A DNA stretch of 45,046 nucleotides from an uncultured Thermotogae bacterium (lineage in GTDB: Bacteria > Bipolaricaulota > Bipolaricaulia > M55B111): NCBI GenBank assembly GCA_964645955.1, contig CAZYCI010000002.1, positions 1 through 45,046 on the forward strand, written 5' to 3'. Positions 31,208-39,020 of the stretch are shown one piece after another. Under the pieces are notes generated by a model. The model ran no database searches and was not told the DNA's origin. It saw nothing but the letters and a program-made list of their open reading frames with translations. The position numbers and the translations under genes are program-made. The number at the start of each line of letters is the position of its first letter. Within the stretch, counting starts at the first letter, position 1.

Positions 31208-33772
31208 TTACACCAGAACTATCGTGCTGGTCGACTCTACCACGGATGCTTCCTGGCCGGGCAGAGAACCGACGACCTTGACTTCGTATGCTCCCGCGTC
31301 GAGGTCCACGGTGGCGTCAGCGGGTATCGTCGCCTTAAAGGTCCCGGGCTCCGAAAGCTCCGCCTTGGTCGAGTAAAGCAGGTCACCTTCCGAAAGCAAC
31401 CTTACTTCAACGTTTCCTTCTTCGGCTGGAGAGGACTCCTCGGTCGGATACGTCTGAGTCCTTTCCGCGCTGATGGTTACATCAAAATTGGAGCCTCTCG
31501 GAGTGTTGGTCGGCACCTGGATGTTACCGATCGTCAGGCTGACGAACTCCAGGTTCTCGCTCCAGTAATCCCAGCTGTAAGGATATTCCGGATTCTCCAC
31601 GACCTGGTCAAACCTCTCAAAGTTCATGACCTTGTTTTCGGCGTCGTAGTTGGTCAGCACAAAGGGCCCCTGAGAGGCGTAGAAGTGGCCGTACTCATCG
31701 TAGAACTCTATTACACTATCCACTTCCGCTTTCAATTCCTCTTGATTGATTGGGGCCGGAGAATCGTTTTCCGCTTTCAGGTAAGCTGGAACGTTGAAGT
31801 TCTCACTCATGCCCTCCAGTTCTGCTTTAAAGTCCTTACCCTGGTTTTCGCTAATAAAGTGAACCCATTTAGAACCTTCCGACTCCTCCCAGGTATAGGA
31901 CGATTCAAGTACAGGTGAAGGCTCTTCCGATGCGACTAGCTCACCCGCTGCATAATTGACCTCCCACGGTTTGAATACATCTATGTTGTAGTACATACCG
32001 ATATGGGAATCGGCCGGGAAGGTGTAATCGCCGTAGACGGTGAACTTACCGTCCCCGTGCCAGACGACGCCTTTCACTTTTTCGTAGAAGGGTTTGGCTT
32101 GACCGGAAAAGCCGCTATTGAACTTTCGATCGTCTTCCCCGTCCTTGAATGCCCATTCCTTGTCAAATGCCCAGGAAGCGACCAGATCCGTATCGTCCAT
32201 CATGTGGCCGTCGTGGAATTTGGAGAACTTCCACTGATACGTGGCGCTTGTCGCAGCCTTTGTTCCTTCTTCAACTTTTTTCCATTTTTCGTCCTTGGTA
32301 TCGTAATAAACTGCGTCCTCCGGAACTTCCAATCCTCGTTGCAGTTCGCCATCAACGTACTCGAAGTCCTTGTTGATCTCCGTCCAGTCACCACGCAGCG
32401 GTCTATTGAGCCCGGTTTGGGGATCTGTCCAGTAGGAAGGATCCCGAATCAACCTCAGCAATCGCGTGGAATAGACGTCGGTTGACCCCCCAATGAAGTT
32501 CCAGTTATCCATGAACAGGTTACCCTGGCTGGCGAATTCGGCAGTATCCAGTACGCCATCAAGCGTTTTAATGGTTCTGGCAGTCCATATGCTGGACCAG
32601 CCTATCTTCCCGTCCGGAACGAAGGAAGTTACCTGATTCTTGTTATAGGGGTAGTAGTCGAAGGTCGTGGTCAGAAATACCCTGACGCTCTCTCCCAGTC
32701 CGAGGTCAATGCATTTCTGAAAGGTCTCCCAGTATTCTTCCTCGGAACTTAACTTGCCCTGCTGTATCTTCTTGCCGTACTTGTTTAGTTCTTCCTGTTT
32801 GTACTTCCAGGCGGTTTCCCCGGCAAACCCTCCGGGCATGTACCCGTAAAACGGAGCGTACATCTGGAAGGCGCTGAACCGTTCGAAATACGAGTTACCG
32901 GAAGCAATCCACCCTCCCGTGTAGACGTTCCATTTTAGGTCCTTTGGGTCGGTGTACCAGGCGTTCTGGATGGCCTTTCTCCTGTCCCACTGCTTCCTGG
33001 CTGGCTTGATACCGACCTTCTCCAGCTGGTCGCAGTAGTACTGGCCGATCTGCTTTCTTTCGTCCTCGACTCTTATCATGACGATCGGGTTTATTGCGCT
33101 GAACTCTTCTTCGTTCGGTCCTTTATAGGCCCACCAGTAACCGACCGGCGAGTCCTCAGCTTCCATCTTCTTCAGCTCGCCTTTGAGGTCCGGATCCTCC
33201 ATCGCGGACTCCATTGCCTCGGTGATCATCGTCTTGGCCTTTTCAAAATCTCCGGTCGGAGTAACTCCGTGTTCTTTTACTACCGGCTGGACGTATTTGT
33301 CGTAAGTAGAGACGCTTTTGGCTACTGAAGTAGGTCGGACCTCCGCGTAGCCATTATACATTTCCTCTACTATCTTCTGCCTGTCCACCAGCCAGTTCAT
33401 TGCGTAACGGAATTTTTCGATGGAAAACGGGTTGAACTTCCTCTGACCCCCTACTTCGGAAGTGTACTTGCCGGTAGCAGCAGGGTTGAAGTAAAGGTTG
33501 TTGTAAGAGCCGGCACTCCTAATTCTACCCAGGTTTTCTCTCATGCTTTCCGAGATTCCTTCAAACTGTTTGCCGGACACACTTTCCATAAAGAGATCAA
33601 GAGTACCTTCAGCGGTGTCACCGATACCTGTAGACTGACTGGTCCTCACTTCAAGGTTGATCTCTTTGATCAGTTCTCCTTCTTCGTCCTGGGCAAGAAC
33701 GGTGGCAAAGGAACTCAAAACTAATATCAGTGCAAGCGAGATGACTAAAGCACTTTTATAGCTATAATTCAT
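31208..33772 (-). CDS. oppA: Large family-5 (Opp/Dpp-type) substrate-binding protein, 854 aa, with extra C-terminal beta-rich domain
   Basis: Signal peptide ending TVLA-QDE with no lipobox. It sits at the head of an oppBCDF operon and has SBP_bac_5-like blocks. The extra roughly 110-aa C-terminal segment is rich in V/T/E/S alternation. AAGGAGGG RBS. Confidence 0.7.
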   Translation of the reverse strand: MNYSYKSALVISLALILVLSSFATVLAQDEEGELIKEINLEVRTSQSTGIGDTAEGTLDLFMESVSGKQFEGISESMRENLGRIRSAGSYNNLYFNPAATGKYTSEVGGQRKFNPFSIEKFRYAMNWLVDRQKIVEEMYNGYAEVRPTSVAKSVSTYDKYVQPVVKEHGVTPTGDFEKAKTMITEAMESAMEDPDLKGELKKMEAEDSPVGYWWAYKGPNEEEFSAINPIVMIRVEDERKQIGQYYCDQLEKVGIKPARKQWDRRKAIQNAWYTDPKDLKWNVYTGGWIASGNSYFERFSAFQMYAPFYGYMPGGFAGETAWKYKQEELNKYGKKIQQGKLSSEEEYWETFQKCIDLGLGESVRVFLTTTFDYYPYNKNQVTSFVPDGKIGWSSIWTARTIKTLDGVLDTAEFASQGNLFMDNWNFIGGSTDVYSTRLLRLIRDPSYWTDPQTGLNRPLRGDWTEINKDFEYVDGELQRGLEVPEDAVYYDTKDEKWKKVEEGTKAATSATYQWKFSKFHDGHMMDDTDLVASWAFDKEWAFKDGEDDRKFNSGFSGQAKPFYEKVKGVVWHGDGKFTVYGDYTFPADSHIGMYYNIDVFKPWEVNYAAGELVASEEPSPVLESSYTWEESEGSKWVHFISENQGKDFKAELEGMSENFNVPAYLKAENDSPAPINQEELKAEVDSVIEFYDEYGHFYASQGPFVLTNYDAENKVMNFERFDQVVENPEYPYSWDYWSENLEFVSLTIGNIQVPTNTPRGSNFDVTISAERTQTYPTEESSPAEEGNVEVRLLSEGDLLYSTKAELSEPGTFKATIPADATVDLDAGAYEVKVVGSLPGQEASVVESTSTIVLV

Positions 33773-34049
33773 TTTACCCTCCTTGGTTAATTTTATTTGC
33801 TACAACTCGAAACCAAATTTTTCTACAAAAACGACCAATAGGGTCGATTTTGAACCTTTGCGGCAAGAGTAGTAGAGATTACCACCTCCTTGCGGGGAGC
33901 TTTTTCCAGTGTTAACCGGATCAAAACTAAGCAGATGAATATTTATTTGTCCTGAACCAGTACCAGATGGCAATTTAAAGGTTTATTACGGATCAACTTT
34001 ATGTTATATATTAAACTCAAAGATGTCAAATTCCTCCGGTAGTGCAATC

Positions 34050-34082
34050 AAAAGTCCATTAACCTTTGAAAAGTCCATCAAC
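34050..34082. repeat. Direct repeat AAAAGTCCATYAAC x2 (19-nt period) in divergent promoter region
   Basis: Copies at 34050-34063 and 34069-34082 differ at one position. Confidence 0.8.
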
Positions 34083-34202
34083 AAATCCCGTTAAGCGAAA
34101 CAACCGCGCGCTTGAAAACAACTGCTTTAAGCAGGAAACTAAGAGCGTCGGGTAAAATTTTTACCAGGTCGAACCCGTAATTATAGCCAGGAAGCCAAAA
34201 AA

Positions 34203-34841
34203 ATGAAGATAGTAACGTTTTATATCTTGTACTTTCTCGGTCTGCCAGTAATACTAATCTATTTTTACTCCAAGCTTAGACACCAATCGGGGTTCGCGGG
34301 TTTTCTTAGTTCAGTAAACGGGAATCGGGGCAAAAAAAGTTCGGAAAGAACGGAGAAAGCGAAGAAAAAAAGCCAGAGGACAAAGATCATCTTCTCTATC
34401 GTCCTTGTTTTGTTTCTCCTTTCCTGGCATTTCATTACGGCGGATCTGGTTGACCTTCGGTTTAAAGGGGAAGTAAAGTACGGAGGGGGCGGAATGTATA
34501 CGGAGAATCCGGTCGTGGTTTCGCTTGGCCCCACCTACAACGGGGAAAAGGTCGTCCGGACCATGAAGGAGAAAGAAACTCGCTGGCTTCCGGACCAGGT
34601 CGAGAAAGTAGTTGCTCTAGACAAGATTGCCAATTCCTGGGGCAGGATAGGGGTATATAGAACTTACGATCAGAGATACGTCATTACGATTACTTACCTC
34701 TCTCCCTGGCCGGTAGTCAGGAGTTACGGCTTCCAATACGTAGAGACGGAGGAAGGGAAGAAGAAGATAATCAAAAAAGAACGTAAAACCGTCTTTTACC
34801 CTCTCGACCCCGGAACCGTCGACGAAACTGCAAAATTGTAA
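34203..34841 (+). CDS. Hypothetical basic membrane protein, 212 aa (2 predicted TM segments)
   Basis: Hydrophobic segments IVTFYILYFLGLPVILIYFY and IIFSIVLVLFLLSWHFI are separated by a Lys/Arg-rich loop. No family is recognised. It is the only plus-strand gene between 25326 and 44786. Confidence 0.5.
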   Translation: MKIVTFYILYFLGLPVILIYFYSKLRHQSGFAGFLSSVNGNRGKKSSERTEKAKKKSQRTKIIFSIVLVLFLLSWHFITADLVDLRFKGEVKYGGGGMYTENPVVVSLGPTYNGEKVVRTMKEKETRWLPDQVEKVVALDKIANSWGRIGVYRTYDQRYVITITYLSPWPVVRSYGFQYVETEEGKKKIIKKERKTVFYPLDPGTVDETAKL

Positions 34842-35022
34842 CAGGTCAAGCTCTTGCTTCCCAGGCACCCTTAACGGTGTGCTTTTTCTTACCTGGCACT
34901 TCGACGTTTCCACGACAACCGATATCAGAATGAGACAGGAGGACAACTTCAGCGTAAGAGGAACCTGCACGAAAACTCGGTATGAACTCCTTCCGACAAA
35001 TCCCACTTACACCCTGAATTAA

Positions 35023-36810
35023 TCAAGCCAAATCTCTCAGAAAGTCCTTAAGATCGGCTTCGGTTTTCTCCAGCCCCTGTCCGAGTGCCTTTCTCAAGGC
35101 GTATTCCAGCGAACGATCTCCCCCGAGGGGTGTCGTCATCCGCCATATTTTTACGAATTTCCCCGATCCGTACTGATCAATCACGTAACCAATGAAGGCA
35201 GCAGCCTGGATTCCGGAGGCCGTGCTTCCATCAGTTGCAAATACCGCCCCGTCAAGGGGGGTCCAGTTGTCACTGGCAAGAATCTCGTAGCCCCTCTCGT
35301 ATATTCCTTCTTCAGCCAGGTAATGAATCAGCCCCTGGCGCAGGAGGGAGGAGTAAGTGGGGGTTTGAGTGACCGTGGATACCAGGGCTTCGGCGAACCC
35401 CGGTTTTAACTCTTCGTCTTCTCTAAGAACAGCTACCCAATCGGGTAAATCCACTTTTTGCCAGTAGTTGAAACTTTTTGAGCTTTTGACCAGAAAAACG
35501 GTTGTCCGAGGGTAGTTCGGAACCAGATCGGGTAACTTTTCCCGTTTCCTTTCAATAACTTCAAAGAACTCTTTCGTCTTTTTCGATACGTTTTCGGTGT
35601 CTGCCGGCAGAAAGATTTCAAGTCCTTCTCGGGTCAGCGATTGACCATCCCAATAAATCGCATTCAGTCTAGAAAAAGCATCTAACTCTTCGGCTGCCTC
35701 CGGAGAAAACCTTTCAGAGTTTAACGAGCTTAAAACTGCTTTCGCCTTTTCCCAGTTCCCCCGGTAGAATTCTATAGTCCCGAGCAAAAAAGTCACGTTT
35801 TTATTCAGGGCATCTTCATCACTCAACCCGGCCAGCTCACTCCTTGCTCGATCGAGCTCGCCGCGGGCCAAGAGGGTGCGCGCCCTGTAATACCGATATT
35901 TCACGCCCTTATCCGTGGAACTGGCAAGAAAGCTCTTCCAGTCCTTCTCAAGTTCCGTCAGACCGGTATCCAATACCTCTTTTACACCTTCTTCCAGAGA
36001 ATCGGCTTCCCACAAAGCTCGAAACCGATTCACGTCAAACTTTTTCAGCAGGTAACTGATGAAGGACTGGGCCCGAACTCCGATCCGGTACCCGTATTTC
36101 CTCTTGGATTCATCAAATCGAGTCAACTGCCCGAAGGTTCCCAGACTCAAACCGGCCGAAGCTTTGGGGGAATCGAAATTATCGTATATTCTGTCCTGAA
36201 GAGATTTTAAGTAATCCGTAATCCTGGCGAGCTTGACAATCTGGGGAATTGTAAAACCGGAATCTTTCAGTGCAGCAGCACGAATTGAAGCGTCTACGTA
36301 CTTGTCCGAAAGGTAATTTTCGAGGCCAAGCCGCAATAGTTCGGAGGAAGGGCGACCCCAGGCAAAAGTCAGCAGCAACCTTACGAGAACCCTTTCGGAA
36401 TCCCTCCCATCGATTACGTCCATTAAACCCAGGGGTAAATCGGATTCGGAGGAACTCTTCCTTTCGGAGATAGTGGATTTTAAGGAACTGACATCCTCGT
36501 GCAGATAAACGTAAACTTCCTCCGGAACCTGCTCGGGATCCAGGTTAAGCTCACTCGCGACTCTATTCTTTGTCGCCACCAGGTTCCTCAGCCGGGCGCG
36601 GATATCTTCGGAACTAAAATTTTTCGCTTTGTAGCGTAAAACTATCCCCCGGTTCTCAACGGACTCCCAATCTTTGTCGGGGGAACGCAACGCCGGTATG
36701 AGGTATAAAAATATTAGGGCAAAGGCCGCAATGACTGCAGCGCTGAAACCCAGTCCTAGTATTAGGCTTTTTACTAAAGCTAGCGGCCTTTTACCCTGAT
36801 TTTCCGACAT
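35023..36810 (-). CDS. Membrane-anchored protein, 595 aa: two degenerate peptidase-MA-like repeats flanking a TPR-like region
   Basis: N-terminal TM segment (LILGLGFSAAVIAAFALIFLYLI). An internal duplication is visible by eye. LLLTFAWGRPSSELLRLGLENYLS aligns with ALVSTVTQTPTYSSLLRQGLIHYLA. AQSFISYLLKKFDVNRFRALW aligns with QAAAFIGYVIDQYGSGKFVKIW. LEEGVKEVLDTGLTELEKDWKSFL aligns with LEYALRKALGQGLEKTEADLKDFL. There is no HExxH in either repeat. The gene starts 21 nt after the oppC2 stop. Confidence 0.6.
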   Translation of the reverse strand: MSENQGKRPLALVKSLILGLGFSAAVIAAFALIFLYLIPALRSPDKDWESVENRGIVLRYKAKNFSSEDIRARLRNLVATKNRVASELNLDPEQVPEEVYVYLHEDVSSLKSTISERKSSSESDLPLGLMDVIDGRDSERVLVRLLLTFAWGRPSSELLRLGLENYLSDKYVDASIRAAALKDSGFTIPQIVKLARITDYLKSLQDRIYDNFDSPKASAGLSLGTFGQLTRFDESKRKYGYRIGVRAQSFISYLLKKFDVNRFRALWEADSLEEGVKEVLDTGLTELEKDWKSFLASSTDKGVKYRYYRARTLLARGELDRARSELAGLSDEDALNKNVTFLLGTIEFYRGNWEKAKAVLSSLNSERFSPEAAEELDAFSRLNAIYWDGQSLTREGLEIFLPADTENVSKKTKEFFEVIERKREKLPDLVPNYPRTTVFLVKSSKSFNYWQKVDLPDWVAVLREDEELKPGFAEALVSTVTQTPTYSSLLRQGLIHYLAEEGIYERGYEILASDNWTPLDGAVFATDGSTASGIQAAAFIGYVIDQYGSGKFVKIWRMTTPLGGDRSLEYALRKALGQGLEKTEADLKDFLRDLA

Positions 36811-36831
36811 CGCTTTTTGTAATTTAGTATA

Positions 36832-37962
36832 TTATTGGTTTCCACCGACCGATGTGAACGGGTCCGCCGCGTCCCTCAGGCCGTCGCCAAAGAAGTTAAA
36901 CGCAAGAACTGTAATGACGATAAAAACTCCCGGAATCAACAGCCACGGATAAGAAGTTATCGTCTCCAGGTTGTTGGCCTGACTCAACAGTAGCCCCCAG
37001 CTCGTCTGTGGTTCCTTGATCCCGAGCCCCAAATAGCTGAGACTGGCCTCCGAAATTATCCAGGTGGGGATGCTCAGCGTCGATACCACCACGATATAAG
37101 TCGTAGTATTGGGCAGAATGTGCCGGAACATGATTCTGATCGGTCCCGCTCCCGCGGCTTTGGCTGCCATGGTATAATCTTCCTCCCGGGCGGACAGCAC
37201 CAGACCACGCAGCGTTCTGGAAAGTCCTGTCCAGTCGACAAGCGAGAACACCGCAACGATGAAGAAGAACCTGTAGGCTGAAGGTAACCCCTGAATAACC
37301 ATAGCCAGCGCCAGCCAAAGGGGGAGTTTCGGGAAGGCCATGACGACCTCGGTCAACCGCTGGATCAACATGTCGACCCAGCCACCGAAGAAACCCGAAA
37401 GCAACCCGATCGGAATGGCAATCAACAGCGTCGTTATAAGTGCAAACGGACCGATCAGCAACGAGATCCACCCGCCCCAGAGCGTCCGTGAAAATAGATC
37501 CCTGCCGAACTTATCCGTTCCAAACAGAAATAGAGGCGCCTCCTCCGTACCGGTCCCAAAGAGGTGAGTTCTGCTTTCGAATAGGCCCCAGAAACTATAC
37601 TTTTCCCCCCTGACGAATAACTTAATCGGGTACTTCTCCGACTTGTCCTCGACGTATACTTTTTCGTAGTACTCGTTGTACTCCTTTTTCGTGCCGTAGA
37701 CGTAGGGTCGAGTCAAGCCGTCTTCATCGGTGAAATGGATCCTGGTCGGCGGGGCGTTTGAGAAATCCCTGTTTTGAGTGGTGTAGTTATAAGGAGCGAT
37801 GAAGTTCGCCATGAATACCACAGCTGCAATAACCAGGACGAGGACCCCTCCAACCTGACCGAGCGTATGTCTCCTGAACCTGCGCCACATCCGGCGCCAC
37901 TGAGACCTCTCCCTGGCCTCACTACCGTCGTCGACTTCGTACTCTTCAGCCAATGTCATCAC
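36832..37962 (-). CDS. oppC: Oligopeptide ABC transporter permease (OppC-like), locus 2
   Basis: 376 aa. EAA-loop block YTMAAKAAGAGPIRIMFRHILPN and a GTDKFGRDLFSR motif. The start (GTG 37962 or ATG 37959) lies 2-5 nt after the oppB2 stop. Confidence 0.8.
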   Translation of the reverse strand: MMTLAEEYEVDDGSEARERSQWRRMWRRFRRHTLGQVGGVLVLVIAAVVFMANFIAPYNYTTQNRDFSNAPPTRIHFTDEDGLTRPYVYGTKKEYNEYYEKVYVEDKSEKYPIKLFVRGEKYSFWGLFESRTHLFGTGTEEAPLFLFGTDKFGRDLFSRTLWGGWISLLIGPFALITTLLIAIPIGLLSGFFGGWVDMLIQRLTEVVMAFPKLPLWLALAMVIQGLPSAYRFFFIVAVFSLVDWTGLSRTLRGLVLSAREEDYTMAAKAAGAGPIRIMFRHILPNTTTYIVVVSTLSIPTWIISEASLSYLGLGIKEPQTSWGLLLSQANNLETITSYPWLLIPGVFIVITVLAFNFFGDGLRDAADPFTSVGGNQ

Positions 37963-37964
37963 CT

Positions 37965-38969
37965 TCAGTCATAGCGAATCCGGGGATCGTTCCAGGCGAG
38001 CAGAAAGTCGGCAAAAAGGTTCCCAACTAGCAACATCAGGGCAAAGAAAACCAGTCCGGCCATTATCACCTGCTCGTCCTGCTGGTTGAGTGCGGTCCAG
38101 TACGCCCTCTGAACGGTGGGGACGCCTAGAACAATCGCCGTAATCAAGGAACCGGAAACCAACCTTCGGAAGGCATAGCCGAAGTTGGTGATGATCGGGT
38201 TTATCGCATTCCTAAATACGTGCTTGTAGATGACGACCGTCTCCCTCAAACCCTTGGCCTTGGCGGTCTGGGCAAACTGCCTGTTCATGAACTCCAGCAT
38301 CTGCCCCCGCATCAACCGGACGACGCTTGCAAGCGAGGCCGTCCCGACCGCCAGTACGTAAGGCCAGACGTGCCAAAAGAAGTTGGTGATCTTCCCCATA
38401 TTCGGCACGAAGCCGTTAAACCACGGCGCGCCCATGTACTGCTCTACCAGCAAGCCCCCTACTCCTAAATTAGCTCCCACGTCGAGAGGACCCGCAATAA
38501 AATAGAGCAGAACCAGAGCAAGGAAGAAATTCGGCACGGAAAGTCCTATGAATGCAAAGAAGGTTAAAACGTTGTCCGGGATGGAGTATTGGTTAACCGC
38601 CGAATATATTCCTATTGGGATCGAAAACAGGTAGACAAAAACCAGGTTCAACAGCCCGAGAAAGATCGTAAAACCAATTCTACCTTCGAACAGAACGTCG
38701 GCGACAGGACGGTAATTGCTAAAGGAATAACCAAAATCACCCCTGGTAACCACTCCCTTGATCCACTTCCAGTAACGAATGGGAAGGGGTTGATCAAGTC
38801 CAAGGTTTTCCTTCTGTTGCTCCAGAGTCTCCCGCGAGATCGTGGGATCCATCTGGCGTTGAGTAAGGTAATCTCCCGGTATCAATTGAACTACCCCAAA
38901 GGAGATAATCGAGACGAGAATCAGGGTCGGCACCATATAGATGAGACGTCGAATTAAGTAAGAGGTCAT
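37965..38969 (-). CDS. oppB: Oligopeptide ABC transporter permease (OppB-like), locus 2
   Basis: 334 aa. N-terminus YLIRRLIYMVPTLILVSIISF and EAA-loop block FAQTAKAKGLRETVVIYKHVFRNA. Confidence 0.8.
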   Translation of the reverse strand: MTSYLIRRLIYMVPTLILVSIISFGVVQLIPGDYLTQRQMDPTISRETLEQQKENLGLDQPLPIRYWKWIKGVVTRGDFGYSFSNYRPVADVLFEGRIGFTIFLGLLNLVFVYLFSIPIGIYSAVNQYSIPDNVLTFFAFIGLSVPNFFLALVLLYFIAGPLDVGANLGVGGLLVEQYMGAPWFNGFVPNMGKITNFFWHVWPYVLAVGTASLASVVRLMRGQMLEFMNRQFAQTAKAKGLRETVVIYKHVFRNAINPIITNFGYAFRRLVSGSLITAIVLGVPTVQRAYWTALNQQDEQVIMAGLVFFALMLLVGNLFADFLLAWNDPRIRYD

Positions 38970-38982
38970 GGTTAAAATAGTT

Positions 38983-39010
38983 CAGCCGGCCGAGAAGTAT
39001 CGGCCGGCTG
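38983..39010 (-). promoter_or_regulatory. Intercistronic GC-rich stem-loop between oppA2 and oppB2
   Basis: CAGCCGGCCGA - 6-nt loop - TCGGCCGGCTG forms a perfect 11-bp stem. There is no clear U-tract, so it is more likely an mRNA-stabilising or partially attenuating hairpin than a full terminator. Confidence 0.5.
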
Positions 39011-39020
39011 GCTAATTGTC

